From an uncultured virus (IMG/VR IMGVR_UViG_3300023237_000005) (taxonomy: Duplodnaviria > Heunggongvirae > Uroviricota > Caudoviricetes): a DNA stretch of 56,585 nucleotides. The DNA is taken from IMG/VR virus record IMGVR_UViG_3300023237_000005. One strand, written 5' to 3'. The notes below the pieces were generated by a model. That model saw nothing but the letters and a program-made list of their open reading frames with translations. It did no database searches and was not told where the DNA came from. Below are positions 15,291 through 25,669 of this stretch, piece by piece. Numbering within the stretch: position 1 is the stretch's first letter; each line of letters opens with the position of its first letter. Made by a program: the position numbers and the translations under genes.

Positions 15291-16156
15291 GACATTTTAA
15301 AGGAAAAACTTTCGCAGAGTCTTATGAGAAAGCATTAGATGCGGTTCTTAACAGTCCTGAGCATGAAAGTGCGCCCCGCAATATGAAAATTAGAGAGATA
15401 ACTAACGCCTATCTTGAATTTGATCCAAAGTGGCCAATGTATTCGAACGATAGGAGAAGCAGTCAATGTAAATATATCGCTGCTGAACTTCTTTGGTATT
15501 TCGCAGGACGAAACGATACAACGTTCATTACGAAGTTTGCTAAATTTTGGGATCATATTAAAAATGACGACAATACAGTAAATAGTGCTTATGGTAATCT
15601 TCTGTTTAAAGAATATAATCTTCATGGTACAACCGAATGGGAGTGGGCATTCGATAAATTAACAGAAGATAAAGACACACGACAAGCAGTAATTCATTTC
15701 AACAAGCCTGATCATAAGTGGAAAGGTAATAAAGATTTTGTATGTACGCTTTCTGGTACGTTTCAGATAAGAGATAATAAGCTTAACTTCAAAGTGCATA
15801 TGAGATCAAACGATATGATCTTAGGAACTGCAACTGATGTTGCTTTCTTCTGCTTACTACAACAACAAATGGTTAGCTTATTAAGACCTACATACCCTAA
15901 TCTTGAACTTGGAAGTTATATTCATGAGGTAGATTCATTGCACATTTACGAAAGACACTTCTCACTTGTAGACGAAATGCTCAAAACAGTATTTGTTGGA
16001 TGTAAATTTCCAGACTTAGGAAAGGATCTAATAAGCTATAATGGAACCTCACACGTTAAACTAAATCAGATGGTAGAAGAGATTATGACTAATACTAAAA
16101 TGAAAGTACAGAAAGACGAACTATTAGAATGGATACGAACGCAGATAAATAACTAA
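15287..16156 (+). CDS. Thymidylate synthase-fold enzyme, probably dCMP hydroxymethylase/methylase (T4 gp42-like)
   Basis: DFVCT catalytic Cys; MRSNDMILGTATD with Asp at the TS Asn position; SLHIYERHF. Confidence 0.8.
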   Translation: MRHFKGKTFAESYEKALDAVLNSPEHESAPRNMKIREITNAYLEFDPKWPMYSNDRRSSQCKYIAAELLWYFAGRNDTTFITKFAKFWDHIKNDDNTVNSAYGNLLFKEYNLHGTTEWEWAFDKLTEDKDTRQAVIHFNKPDHKWKGNKDFVCTLSGTFQIRDNKLNFKVHMRSNDMILGTATDVAFFCLLQQQMVSLLRPTYPNLELGSYIHEVDSLHIYERHFSLVDEMLKTVFVGCKFPDLGKDLISYNGTSHVKLNQMVEEIMTNTKMKVQKDELLEWIRTQINN

Positions 16157-16160
16157 AGGG

Positions 16161-16364
16161 ATGGTTAAAGACGCATATAATTATCTATTTCATTGTAGTG
16201 AATATAGAACTGCTAATCGGAAGTGGGCTTGTTTTCATATTGATGATCAAAGTCTTTATTGGACTGGGGTAGGTCCCGATAAATACGGTAAGGTAGTAGA
16301 TGCTCGCATTGCCTACGGAAAAAGTCCAACTGAAGCTTGGGCGGAAATAGAATCTAAAATATGA
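16161..16364 (+). CDS. Hypothetical protein
   Basis: ORF track. Confidence 0.55.
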   Translation: MVKDAYNYLFHCSEYRTANRKWACFHIDDQSLYWTGVGPDKYGKVVDARIAYGKSPTEAWAEIESKI

Positions 16365-17305
16365 ACAACCTGTTGTCGTTTGATGAATTTATCAATGAAG
16401 GCTTATCTGACAAATATCCATCGTTAAAGAAAGTATACTTAGCAACGAAAAGAAGCAGTGGCCAGAAATGGCTGTCGTATAAGGGTTTCGCTGGAGATAA
16501 GTTCTTTATTCAAGTCACAGAGCACAACATCGATAAATTAGACATCGATAAAAGCTTCCCAGTTCTAAACTATCATGGTGATATTACAAAGGAACTCTTA
16601 AAGAGCGGAAAGATATTAGCTGAGAATATTTATAATCACCCAGACGAAATAAGTAAGTCAGGCTCTAAAGTAGAATTTCATAAGCTTGTAGGTGAGGATG
16701 AAAATATTCCTAAAACAGTATTCAATGTAGAAGAAGCCAAAAAGATGAAATTTCCAATCATCGGCAAGCCTAAAGGTGGCCACAGTGGCATTGGCATTCA
16801 AGTATTCGAAGACATTACGGAATTAGAAGATATTGACGGGAGTAAGTTTGACACCTTCTCTGTATTTGTAGATAAAGTAGAAGAACATAGGTTTATAGCT
16901 TTTAAAGGAAAGGCAATATTTTGGATGGAGCGTACACCTTATAATGACAAAGCTAAGAGTGGTTCTGGGGAAGCAGATGAAGAAATGGAATTTGAATATA
17001 AGCGGATGGATGTTGCAAAACTACCTGAAGATTATAAGAAGGTTTTAGAAAAATTCTGTAAGATTTATAAAGACTTACCTTACATCTGTTTCGATATAAT
17101 GAAAAGTAAAGACGGTAAAGTGTATGTGATAGAATCTAATGCAATGCCAGGTGTTCCGTTTGACAGCACGGTCAAAATATACGAGAATATTTACGAAGAT
17201 TTTTACAAAGAGAAAGTAGATGAAAAGTCTCAAGTGATGCTAGATAAGTACGCAGCAGATTTAATTGAAAGAACGACTAAAAAAGACAAGAAGAGGTTTA
17301 GTTAA
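16361..17305 (+). CDS. ATP-grasp (RimK-like) ligase with N-terminal capsid-targeting-like motif
   Basis: FPIIGKPKGGHSGIGI; EHR; FDIM...YVIESNAMPG; MNNLLSFDEFINE. Confidence 0.85.
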   Translation: MNNLLSFDEFINEGLSDKYPSLKKVYLATKRSSGQKWLSYKGFAGDKFFIQVTEHNIDKLDIDKSFPVLNYHGDITKELLKSGKILAENIYNHPDEISKSGSKVEFHKLVGEDENIPKTVFNVEEAKKMKFPIIGKPKGGHSGIGIQVFEDITELEDIDGSKFDTFSVFVDKVEEHRFIAFKGKAIFWMERTPYNDKAKSGSGEADEEMEFEYKRMDVAKLPEDYKKVLEKFCKIYKDLPYICFDIMKSKDGKVYVIESNAMPGVPFDSTVKIYENIYEDFYKEKVDEKSQVMLDKYAADLIERTTKKDKKRFS

Positions 17306-17351
17306 GCTGTTTCTTTGTTATAATATAAGTATCACTTTTAAACTATGTTTA

Positions 17352-17888
17352 ATGAATATTTCTTCACTTGAAGATTTTTACATAACTTCTGACACCTTTT
17401 TTGGTAGACGGCAGATCTTAGAAATTGCTAATCGCTCTAAGTTTTCCACATTAATAGACATGGAAAATGCATTAGTAAAGAATTGGAACGAGTCAGTACA
17501 AAAGGATGATGTAGTATTTCATCTTGGTAACTTTGCATGGGACCCTTTAACTGCACGTAAAATTCTCCGCAGGCTGAACGGTAATATTATTTTTATGCTT
17601 GGTCACTGTGATGACGCTATCGTTGAAGTTATAAACGAGTTTAAACATATAGATTTAATTGAAGATCAAATCGTAAAAATAGATAGACATGACCTAATAT
17701 TATGCCATTACCCACTTGAAGTTTGGCCTGGAAAAGAGTCGGGTACTATTCACATTCACGGTCATACTGTTTATTCTCATAAGACAGATTTAAGAGTTCA
17801 AAAGAGAATAAACATTTGTACAGATTTCTGGGGCTATTCTCCAGTGAAAATTTCAACATTAAAAGATATAATATATGACGCAACGTAA
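17352..17888 (+). CDS. Calcineurin-like phosphoesterase (degenerate metal motifs)
   Basis: TSDTFFG, WNE.V...D.VFHLGNF, GHCD, CHYP, HIHGH; in-frame ATG at 17352. Confidence 0.85.
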   Translation: MNISSLEDFYITSDTFFGRRQILEIANRSKFSTLIDMENALVKNWNESVQKDDVVFHLGNFAWDPLTARKILRRLNGNIIFMLGHCDDAIVEVINEFKHIDLIEDQIVKIDRHDLILCHYPLEVWPGKESGTIHIHGHTVYSHKTDLRVQKRINICTDFWGYSPVKISTLKDIIYDAT

Positions 17889-18507
17889 ACGAACCTACAG
17901 AGAAATAGCAGCCGAATTTAAAAGAACCAACTCAGAAAAATCTTTTACAGAACTATATTATAAGATGTACCCTGGGATGCTTAGGTATGTGACTAAAATT
18001 GTAAAGGATGGAGATTTAGCTCAAGATTTAGTTTCTGAAATATTTGCCAAGGTACATTGTAAAATTCATACTTACGATCCAGCATGGGAAATTACAACGT
18101 GGGCATATCGTATTGCATATAATCAATGTATGGGTCATTTTAGAGCCAAGAAAAAACAACCGGTTACTCTTAGTTTCTTAGGTGCTAATAATGAAGATGA
18201 AGATTCTTCACTCATGGAAATTCTGCTACTCAAAGAAGATGATACTATGGCATTGAATGATCATATAGCAGAAGACGAATTAATTAAACAACAATTCAAT
18301 TTTACAAAAGATGCAATTAACGCACTTCCACCAATGTATAAACCTTACATGGTAGAGTGTTTCTTTAATGGAAAATCATATCTTGAAATTGCGGAGATGA
18401 TGAAGAAATATGAAAAAGGTGTAAGCGTCCAGACAGTTAAAAATCGAATCTTTCGAGGCAGGAAGATATTGAAAGGTCAAATGAAAAGCTTTGAAACAGC
18501 AGTCTAA
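17875..18507 (+). CDS. ECF-like sigma-70 family factor
   Basis: AQDLVSEIF.K; TWAYRIAYN; LP....SY.EIAE....TVKNRIFRGR. Confidence 0.92.
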   Translation: MTQRKRTYREIAAEFKRTNSEKSFTELYYKMYPGMLRYVTKIVKDGDLAQDLVSEIFAKVHCKIHTYDPAWEITTWAYRIAYNQCMGHFRAKKKQPVTLSFLGANNEDEDSSLMEILLLKEDDTMALNDHIAEDELIKQQFNFTKDAINALPPMYKPYMVECFFNGKSYLEIAEMMKKYEKGVSVQTVKNRIFRGRKILKGQMKSFETAV

Positions 18508-18968
18508 TGTATATACTTAATGCATATCAAGAATACCGAACTTGGAAGAAAGTTCGTACTATAGCTAACGAACAGGTTGCTCACCTTAAAGCAAATGGTT
18601 TCCGGGTTGATTGGGTAGGCAGAATTTATACTGTTATTAATTTACCTGAAGAAGTAATTACGGCAGCACCTCAAGTCCAGGAAGGATATGTATTAATGAA
18701 ACTAAGAGATTACGATAAGTTATTTTTGCACCTTGGATTAGCAGCAGATCTTGTTCCAGAAATGGAACGTATTGATGGTAGAGGAGCAGCAGCATTCTTA
18801 TTAGTGCTTTCACCTGACAGAGATTACTTAACCATCTGGGCATTTATTAAATTTCTACTTAGAATTACTACCTTGGCTTTTATAGTCAGAGTATTATACT
18901 TAATCGCTACAGCTAATATTGAATTTATTTCAAGCATATGGTACAAAGCAGTAGATCTTATGATGTAG
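18507..18968 (+). CDS. Hypothetical membrane protein
   Basis: RVDWVGRIYTVINLP; C-terminal hydrophobic helix. Confidence 0.7.
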   Translation: MYILNAYQEYRTWKKVRTIANEQVAHLKANGFRVDWVGRIYTVINLPEEVITAAPQVQEGYVLMKLRDYDKLFLHLGLAADLVPEMERIDGRGAAAFLLVLSPDRDYLTIWAFIKFLLRITTLAFIVRVLYLIATANIEFISSIWYKAVDLMM

Positions 18969-19159
18969 AAGAAGTTAAAAGGATATTGGGCCAGATTGGA
19001 TATCTTGAAAAGCAATTGCAAGAAATCCAATCTGGCTGTCCTCATGTTCCAGATGTAGGCTTCAGTAATTCTCATGACGTCAAGTTATGCTGTTCTATCT
19101 GTACCCAAGATTTGGGCTATCTTAGTTTAGAAGACGTTCACATATTTTTAAAGAAGTAA
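18938..19159 (+). CDS. Small putative Zn-binding protein
   Basis: CPH...CSIC. Confidence 0.5.
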   Translation: MVQSSRSYDVEEVKRILGQIGYLEKQLQEIQSGCPHVPDVGFSNSHDVKLCCSICTQDLGYLSLEDVHIFLKK

Positions 19160-19894
19160 ATGGCAACAGCAGCATCATTAGCTATAACAGTAAGCATAAA
19201 AGGTAAAAGGCATTATAAGATAGGAGATTTAAAACCTCTTCCATCAGTCACGACGGTCTTGGGTGCAATGACAGATAGCTCCGGTCTTGATGCCTGGAGA
19301 GAACGTGTAGGTAATGTAGAGGCAGACCGTATAGGTAAATTCTCAGCTAACCGTGGGAGTATAATGCATCAGATGATTGAATATTTCCTAATATCTATGA
19401 AGCCCACCAGAGAAGGACGTTTAAAAGATGCACAAAAAAAAATCATCAAGTTCGTCGAACATGAAGGAATGACCGATGAGGAATTTAAAGTAGGTAGAAA
19501 GCTATTTTTCAACTTTTATAACGCAAAAACATTTGATCTAATTAAGGATATTGTTTCAATTGAAGAAACTTTATTCTGTCTAAGAGCTGGTGGTTATGCT
19601 GGAAGAGTAGACACTATTTACCGTAATCATAGTGGTGGAATAATCATATCAGATTACAAATCTACTAACAAGCCTAAGAAATTAGAATGGATCGATAAGT
19701 ACTTTCTACAAGCTGCTGCCTACTATATTGCGTACTGGGAAATGACAGGCGTTAAGCCAGCAGATTGCGAAATTTGGTTCAGTGTTGAAAACTCAGATGA
19801 ACCACAAATCTATAAGATGGGACATGAGCGAATCAAGAAGTTTGGGCATCAATTCCTAGGCATGGTAAAAAAATTCCACGAGCTTAATCCTTAG
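19160..19894 (+). CDS. PD-(D/E)XK Cas4-like phage exonuclease
   Basis: PSVTTVL, RGS.MH, YAGRVD, DYKS, YFLQAAAY. Confidence 0.9.
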   Translation: MATAASLAITVSIKGKRHYKIGDLKPLPSVTTVLGAMTDSSGLDAWRERVGNVEADRIGKFSANRGSIMHQMIEYFLISMKPTREGRLKDAQKKIIKFVEHEGMTDEEFKVGRKLFFNFYNAKTFDLIKDIVSIEETLFCLRAGGYAGRVDTIYRNHSGGIIISDYKSTNKPKKLEWIDKYFLQAAAYYIAYWEMTGVKPADCEIWFSVENSDEPQIYKMGHERIKKFGHQFLGMVKKFHELNP

Positions 19895-19924
19895 GGATAT
19901 ATAAACAAATTAGGGACCACTAAA

Positions 19925-20206
19925 ATGTTTATAACCAAGCACATCCAATCTTTTGAACAGTACATCCTATCTGAAGAAGCTAAGCACATCGAAGATATAG
20001 AAATTGACGATGAATCTGACAATGAACACGACAAGGAACTTAAAGATGGTGAAGACAAAGATATTGACCACTGTGCTCGTTGTGGTGAAGAAAATGTAGA
20101 CTGTAGTTGTGAAGATGATGACGCTTGGTCAACACAAACATTTCACAGAGTTCCTAAGGGCGAAGAAGGTTCTATGGAACCCAAGCAAAAATTCAAAAAA
20201 GAATAA
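19925..20206 (+). CDS. Acidic protein with capsid-targeting-like motif and Cys cluster
   Basis: KHIQSFEQYILSE; CARCGE...CSC; GATATATA at 19896. Confidence 0.7.
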   Translation: MFITKHIQSFEQYILSEEAKHIEDIEIDDESDNEHDKELKDGEDKDIDHCARCGEENVDCSCEDDDAWSTQTFHRVPKGEEGSMEPKQKFKKE

Positions 20207-20208
20207 TC

Positions 20209-20511
20209 ATGGACAATAAATATACTGACTACGCAATTTACACTATTGCTGTTTTAGTATTGATAATTTTTTTACAAACTTGTGGTGTTAAATCTACTAT
20301 GAGAGATACTGAAGATTATCTAATAAGACGAATAGACTCAATTGCAGAAATTCAAAACGAAAGATTAATAATACTTGTTGATATAGTAATTGCTAAAGAG
20401 GAGATGGAAGAAATTATTAAATCTACTCCAGCATGGAAAACATTAAGAATAGAAGAAATAAGTGACAAGGAACATATTTCAATTAACGCACTCGAAGAAA
20501 AACAAAATTAA
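20209..20511 (+). CDS. Membrane-anchored hypothetical protein
   Basis: N-terminal TM followed by QTC. Confidence 0.65.
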   Translation: MDNKYTDYAIYTIAVLVLIIFLQTCGVKSTMRDTEDYLIRRIDSIAEIQNERLIILVDIVIAKEEMEEIIKSTPAWKTLRIEEISDKEHISINALEEKQN

Positions 20512-20513
20512 AA

Positions 20514-21224
20514 ATGAACGAAAGAAGAAAGATTGTTGAACAAATTCGTCAACAAAGCTACAATGCAAGAGGTAACGCATTAAAAGAAAAAGCAAAAAAT
20601 AGTTTTGCTAATGCACCAATTGTGGCACATGGTGCCAGTGGTGGAGGTGGAGGTTCTTTATGCAATACTAAAACTAACGGGTTAAGTGTATTTGCTTTTA
20701 TACCAGGAGAAGTTGGGTCAAATATTATTATGCCTTATGAATACACTCCAGATGATGGAATGGATATATATACATTTACAGTAATTGACGGAATAGTAGA
20801 GTCATTTGTATGGTATGATGACGAAGAAAAAGTTTGGATGTGGATATTTGATGTAGGGTTCCCATCCGAGTCATATGCATATTCAGAGACATTAGTAAGT
20901 GCAGTTTGGATCCCAGTGGGTGAACTCTTTATTGTCCCAACTGAAAGTATATGTGGAACAGAATTAAGAGATAAATATCCATATTATTGCACCCTATTAT
21001 CAGACGATGTACCTGGACAGTTATTACCAGTATGGAGTGGTATAGTTGGAGTTGGTGATCCAGGAATATGGACCGGACCAAATGCAACTTTAATATGGAA
21101 CGGTGAATACTGGCAAATAGAAGACGGAGACTTACTTCCAGGTGGAACAGCAAGTACTTTACCAATAGGCACCTTTAACATTGGTGAAGGCCAAACCTTT
21201 ACTATAAGCGAAGGATTATGCTAA
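20514..21224 (+). CDS. Hypothetical (possibly virion) protein
   Basis: Gly linker followed by beta-rich repeated domains. Confidence 0.65.
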   Translation: MNERRKIVEQIRQQSYNARGNALKEKAKNSFANAPIVAHGASGGGGGSLCNTKTNGLSVFAFIPGEVGSNIIMPYEYTPDDGMDIYTFTVIDGIVESFVWYDDEEKVWMWIFDVGFPSESYAYSETLVSAVWIPVGELFIVPTESICGTELRDKYPYYCTLLSDDVPGQLLPVWSGIVGVGDPGIWTGPNATLIWNGEYWQIEDGDLLPGGTASTLPIGTFNIGEGQTFTISEGLC

Positions 21225-21245
21225 ATGTAGAATAAATAAAACAAT

Positions 21246-21776
21246 ATGGCAGACATAATTCCAGGTGTACCAACACCAAATTCAGGAGATCCTAAATGTG
21301 TTATCTCTGTATGTGCTAGAATTATAGCACAGGTCGATTGTATTATTTACATTCTCCAAGGAACTACAGCTTGTATTGACATTCAGCTTTTCAATTCTTT
21401 AGGTGAACCTTTAGATTTGAATAGTATCACTGAAATGCAAGTTCTTCTTTACAATGATCTCGACTGCCCAATTGCTAATTTTTGGTGGCCCTCAATTCCA
21501 ACGGGCTGTAAAGGATTTGAAATAGAAATTCTACAGCACACTATAACTGATGGCATTATTGTAGATGAAGGTTTAATAAGAGTTTGTTTAGATTCTTCAT
21601 GCACAGGAACCAGTCCTGGCAATATTTTTGCAGAGCTTAGAATTGTTGAAGACATTGGAACTACCGGAGAGCCACAAGAAGAAATTTATGGCATAGGATG
21701 TCTACAAGTTGCAGTAATCAAAGAATCTAAAATCTTTAACGGTGACTGCAACGATGGCTGTGGTCTATTAACCTAA
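21246..21776 (+). CDS. Cys-rich hypothetical (possibly virion) protein
   Basis: ORF track; AATAAATA upstream. Confidence 0.65.
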   Translation: MADIIPGVPTPNSGDPKCVISVCARIIAQVDCIIYILQGTTACIDIQLFNSLGEPLDLNSITEMQVLLYNDLDCPIANFWWPSIPTGCKGFEIEILQHTITDGIIVDEGLIRVCLDSSCTGTSPGNIFAELRIVEDIGTTGEPQEEIYGIGCLQVAVIKESKIFNGDCNDGCGLLT

Positions 21777-21779
21777 TAC

Positions 21780-22508
21780 ATGAAGAACGAAATAGTACAT
21801 AAGGGGATAATTGGAATCTTTGTCGCATTGTATGCATTAGTTGCAACGATCTCAATGGTTAATTCAGTTGCATTTTTTGACTTAGCTTATAATGACGTTA
21901 TGTCATGGGTATTAGCGTTTGGGTTTGAATTAGGTGCTGCTGCTTCATTAGCAGCAATTATTATCCTCGATAGAACGAACAAGAAGTTAGTTTGGGCCAT
22001 GTTCCTGCTTCTAACGGGATTTCAAATGATGGCTAATGGTTATCATGCTTATGTAAATCTAGAGGATTTTAAAGGCTGGATTGAGTTATTTGGTCTAACG
22101 GGAGAAGATGTAATTGTTCAGAAGAGAATATTATCTGGGGTAAGTGGAGCAATACTTCCACTAGTATCACTTGGGTTTATAAAATCATTAGTTGATTATA
22201 TTAGGCCTGATGTCGAACAAGCTGCAAATAGTACATTAGCACCAAATCTTAAAATGGTACCTGAAGATGATGCTGATGAAGAATTAGAAGAAAAAATATT
22301 AGAAGAAGTACAAGACTACACCAGCACGAAGCAGAACGTGCCTAAACAAACTGCACAGAAGCCGACTACGCAAATGCACAGTCAACAACCTTCACAGACA
22401 GAAAAAAAGAGAATAACTCCTTTACAAGGTCAAGGCCAACTAACACTCGAAAAGAATGTTAAAGTCGCACCTGCTCAAAATGTAAGCGTACCAGCGTACA
22501 AACCATAA
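21780..22508 (+). CDS. Multi-pass membrane protein with disordered tail
   Basis: Four hydrophobic helices followed by an acidic/Gln-rich tail. Confidence 0.75.
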   Translation: MKNEIVHKGIIGIFVALYALVATISMVNSVAFFDLAYNDVMSWVLAFGFELGAAASLAAIIILDRTNKKLVWAMFLLLTGFQMMANGYHAYVNLEDFKGWIELFGLTGEDVIVQKRILSGVSGAILPLVSLGFIKSLVDYIRPDVEQAANSTLAPNLKMVPEDDADEELEEKILEEVQDYTSTKQNVPKQTAQKPTTQMHSQQPSQTEKKRITPLQGQGQLTLEKNVKVAPAQNVSVPAYKP

Positions 22509-22581
22509 GGATGTAATTCTAAAGATCTCTACCTAGTGATGGAAATAAGTTAAACCGAATGTTTAAAAAAATTATTTTCAT

Positions 22582-23304
22582 ATGTCAAGTAAATTTCACA
22601 CAGATTCAATCTACAAAGAGAAGAGAAGACCAAAAACTCCAATAAAGTTTAAAATACAACTTAATGATGAGCAGAAAGCAGCAAAGGAAATCGCGCTTAA
22701 TCATACACTAACAGTATTGGCTGGCAAAGCAGGAAGTGGTAAAACACTATTAGCTTGCCAGATTGCATTAGACGGATTGTTCAACAAAAGATTTGAAAAG
22801 ATTATCATTACCAGACCTACGGTTTCTAAAGAAGAGATTGGATTCTTACCTGGGGACCTTAAAGATAAAATGGATCCTTGGGTTCAACCGATCTATCAAA
22901 ATATGTACATTCTTTATGGGAAAGAGAAAATTGATAAGTACATTGAAAACGACCTAATTGAAATTGTACCCCTTAGTTTTATGAGGGGGCGAACTTTTCT
23001 AGATGCATGTTTAGTTTGGGGTGAAAGTATTTTAACTGCTACTGGGTATATTAAAGTTGAAGATATTTTATCTGATGCATTAGCTGGAACATTCCATGAG
23101 GTTCTATCTTATAATATTAAAACCGATTCCACAGAATATAAGTTATTAGACACAATATCTCCGACTAACATCGAATCATATATTGAAGTAGAATTAGAAG
23201 ATGGTACAATAGCAAAAACATCAGAACATCATGTATTCTATACTAGCCGTGGTTTGATAGAGGCAAAAGACCTATGCATAGATGATATGATACTTTCATT
23301 ATAG
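22582..23304 (+). CDS. phoH: PhoH N-terminal half fused to split intein N-part (intein 23008-23301, 98 aa)
   Basis: GKAGSGKT, TRP, GFLPG, FMRGRTF, then C-LVWGESI (block A) and TSEHH (block B), then stop. Confidence 0.92.
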   Translation: MSSKFHTDSIYKEKRRPKTPIKFKIQLNDEQKAAKEIALNHTLTVLAGKAGSGKTLLACQIALDGLFNKRFEKIIITRPTVSKEEIGFLPGDLKDKMDPWVQPIYQNMYILYGKEKIDKYIENDLIEIVPLSFMRGRTFLDACLVWGESILTATGYIKVEDILSDALAGTFHEVLSYNIKTDSTEYKLLDTISPTNIESYIEVELEDGTIAKTSEHHVFYTSRGLIEAKDLCIDDMILSL

Positions 23305-23335
23305 GTGACGATAGACTTATAATGATATATACTAT

Positions 23336-24691
23336 ATGAAAGAATTTTATGTATATGTCTATCTTAATCCACGAGTTAAAAAATCATATACAATAAGTAA
23401 ATTCACATCAGAGTACGAACCATTTTATGTAGGTAAGGGTAAAAACAATAGACTTTATGATCACTTAAGGCCAAATATGCTAAAGATTTCTAATCATAGA
23501 TACAATTTGCTTAGTTCAATTATTGATGATATAGGCATAGATGCATATAAAAAGAATTTCATCGTTAAGATAGATGATAAGTTGTCTAATAATACAGCAC
23601 TAAGCTTAGAGGGTTTGATAATGAAAGAAATTGGTACGTATTATGATATTCATCCAGATATTAAGCCAGGCCCACTTCTAAATTTCACATTAGCTGGAGT
23701 AGAAAATCCAATATTATATGGTGCAAACAATGCAATGTACAACAAATCAATAGTTGATATATGGAAAAGTAAGCACAATATAGAGACAGTGAAAAAATTA
23801 GAAGAAGATTATTCATTAAAACAATCAAATTCTGGTACTATTAGATGGCAAGATATTAAAGCAGATGATTTAAAATATGAAGAAATTTGCAAAAATATAA
23901 ATGCCGGAGTACATAGGTATTGGGATTCGTTATCTGTTGAAGATAGAATTTTGGTCTCTAATACAAGGTCAGCTAACTTTAAGACATTTTATAAAAAGTA
24001 TGGGACTATTGAAAATTATTACATTGAAACTTATGGGTTAGTGGAAGGTGTAAGACTAGAAGAAGAAAGGAGAAAAAACATAAGCAAAGGACTTATTAGT
24101 TTTTGGGATACTGTAGACGATGAATTCAAAAGAGTACATTCTTTAAAAACATCATTAGGGCTTCGCAAGTTTTTAAAGAAGCATGGTTCAGTTAATGAGT
24201 ACCTGCTTGATAAGTTAGGACCGGAGAAATTCAAAGAAAGGCAAGATAGCATGAAGCATAACCAATCTGTTTCGGGTAAACGAAGGTGGGCACATATGTC
24301 AATTGCTGAAAGAGAAAGCTTAAAGCAAAAGAAACGTGATACATATAAGAAATTTATAGAGTCTATGTCAACAATAGAATATCAACAATACAAAGCTAAA
24401 CACTCAGGAGAAAATAACCCAATGTATAATATGGGCAAATTAGTGAGTGGAAGTAAAAATGGAAGAGCTACACAGTGGATTGCACATCTTCCCAATGGTG
24501 ATAGATATTATTGTGATGGGACGTTTAAAGCGTTCTGTAGAACTGTATTAAGAAAATACAAGCCACACCCTCATAGAAAGTATATGGATGAAATATTAAA
24601 ATACGACACTCCAGTTTTTGGTTGGTATTTTAAAAGAGTAGATAGAGATTTTGATTATCTCGCAGAAAAATACATAAAATATGAAAAGTAA
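23336..24691 (+). mobile_element. Free-standing GIY-YIG-type homing endonuclease between the phoH halves
   Basis: FYVYVY...PFYVGKG..NR...H; NUMOD3-like SGENNPMY and SGSKNG motifs. Confidence 0.85.
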
Positions 24692-25070
24692 AAAGATTAA
24701 AAGTATTAGAATAATTCACGCCCCAACTATAAAATATTCTGTCAATGTACAGGATAATCATAACTATTTTTCGACCGGGGATATATTATCTAAAAACTGT
24801 ATCATTGTAGATGAAGCTCAGAACGTAACAGCAGAACAGATGGAAATGATCGTAACTCGTATTGGACTTAGAAGTAAAATGATTGTATGTGGTGACGATG
24901 GTCAAGTAGATCTAAGAAGAAGCGGAGATTCTGGATTTAGATTTCTCTACAATGCTGCTAATAAGATTAAAAGCCTTGCAGCTGTATCTTTACTTCAAAA
25001 CCACAGAGATCCGATTGTAGATGATCTTATTGATTTATATGAGGCAGAAGAGCAAAACAAAAAGAAGTAA
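24681..25070 (+). CDS. phoH: Split intein C-part (24681-24797, 39 aa) fused to PhoH C-terminal half
   Basis: KIKSI...YSVNVQDNHNYF...SKN|C followed by IIVDEAQN, TRIG, CGD..Q.D, NHR.PIV. Confidence 0.92.
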   Translation: MKSKKIKSIRIIHAPTIKYSVNVQDNHNYFSTGDILSKNCIIVDEAQNVTAEQMEMIVTRIGLRSKMIVCGDDGQVDLRRSGDSGFRFLYNAANKIKSLAAVSLLQNHRDPIVDDLIDLYEAEEQNKKK

Positions 25071-25669
25071 TGCAATTTACAAAGGAACAAATAGAAGCAG
25101 CTGTAAAAGCTAAAGGTTATGAGTGGTTTAGAAACGGAGACTATAATCTTAATATTGTTGGTGTTAGGAATAGTTGTACAGATGATAAAGTAACCAACAA
25201 ATTTGATGATTGGGTTACAGTTTCATATAAAGAGAACGGAAACTGGAAATACAACGAGTTCGTAGCTACGACAGATCCTGGAAAACATTGGGCTGAGAAT
25301 CTGTTGAACTCTGATGGAGTTGCAGTTTTAGTACCAGGTCAATACAGAAGCTCATATAGAATAGGCTTACACCAAGGTAAGTACGAAGCTCTCAAGCAAG
25401 TAAAAGCTGTAAAAGTTTATCGTGATGATAATTTAGATCTTACGTACGATGAATATGTAAGTAGCATCCAAGAAGGTATTTTTGGAATAAACATTCACCG
25501 TGCTAGTCAATGGGGAACATCAATACAAATTGATAAATGGAGTGCAGGATGTAATGTCATAGCATCTAATACAGATTTTGCTAACTTTATGAAACTATGT
25601 AATGCTTCAAGATTCATTTGGGGTAACAGTTTTACTTACACATTAATCGAAAGCTCAGATATTATTTAA
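25070..25669 (+). CDS. Putative YkuD/L,D-transpeptidase-like cell-wall enzyme
   Basis: GINIHRA...WSAGC His/Cys motif; TTDPG. Confidence 0.6.
   Translation: MQFTKEQIEAAVKAKGYEWFRNGDYNLNIVGVRNSCTDDKVTNKFDDWVTVSYKENGNWKYNEFVATTDPGKHWAENLLNSDGVAVLVPGQYRSSYRIGLHQGKYEALKQVKAVKVYRDDNLDLTYDEYVSSIQEGIFGINIHRASQWGTSIQIDKWSAGCNVIASNTDFANFMKLCNASRFIWGNSFTYTLIESSDII

Noticed and set aside
23305..24680. Group I intron interrupting phoH
   Set aside because: Only ~30 nt of non-coding sequence flanks the endonuclease, so there is no room for a ribozyme core; intein motifs explain the split.
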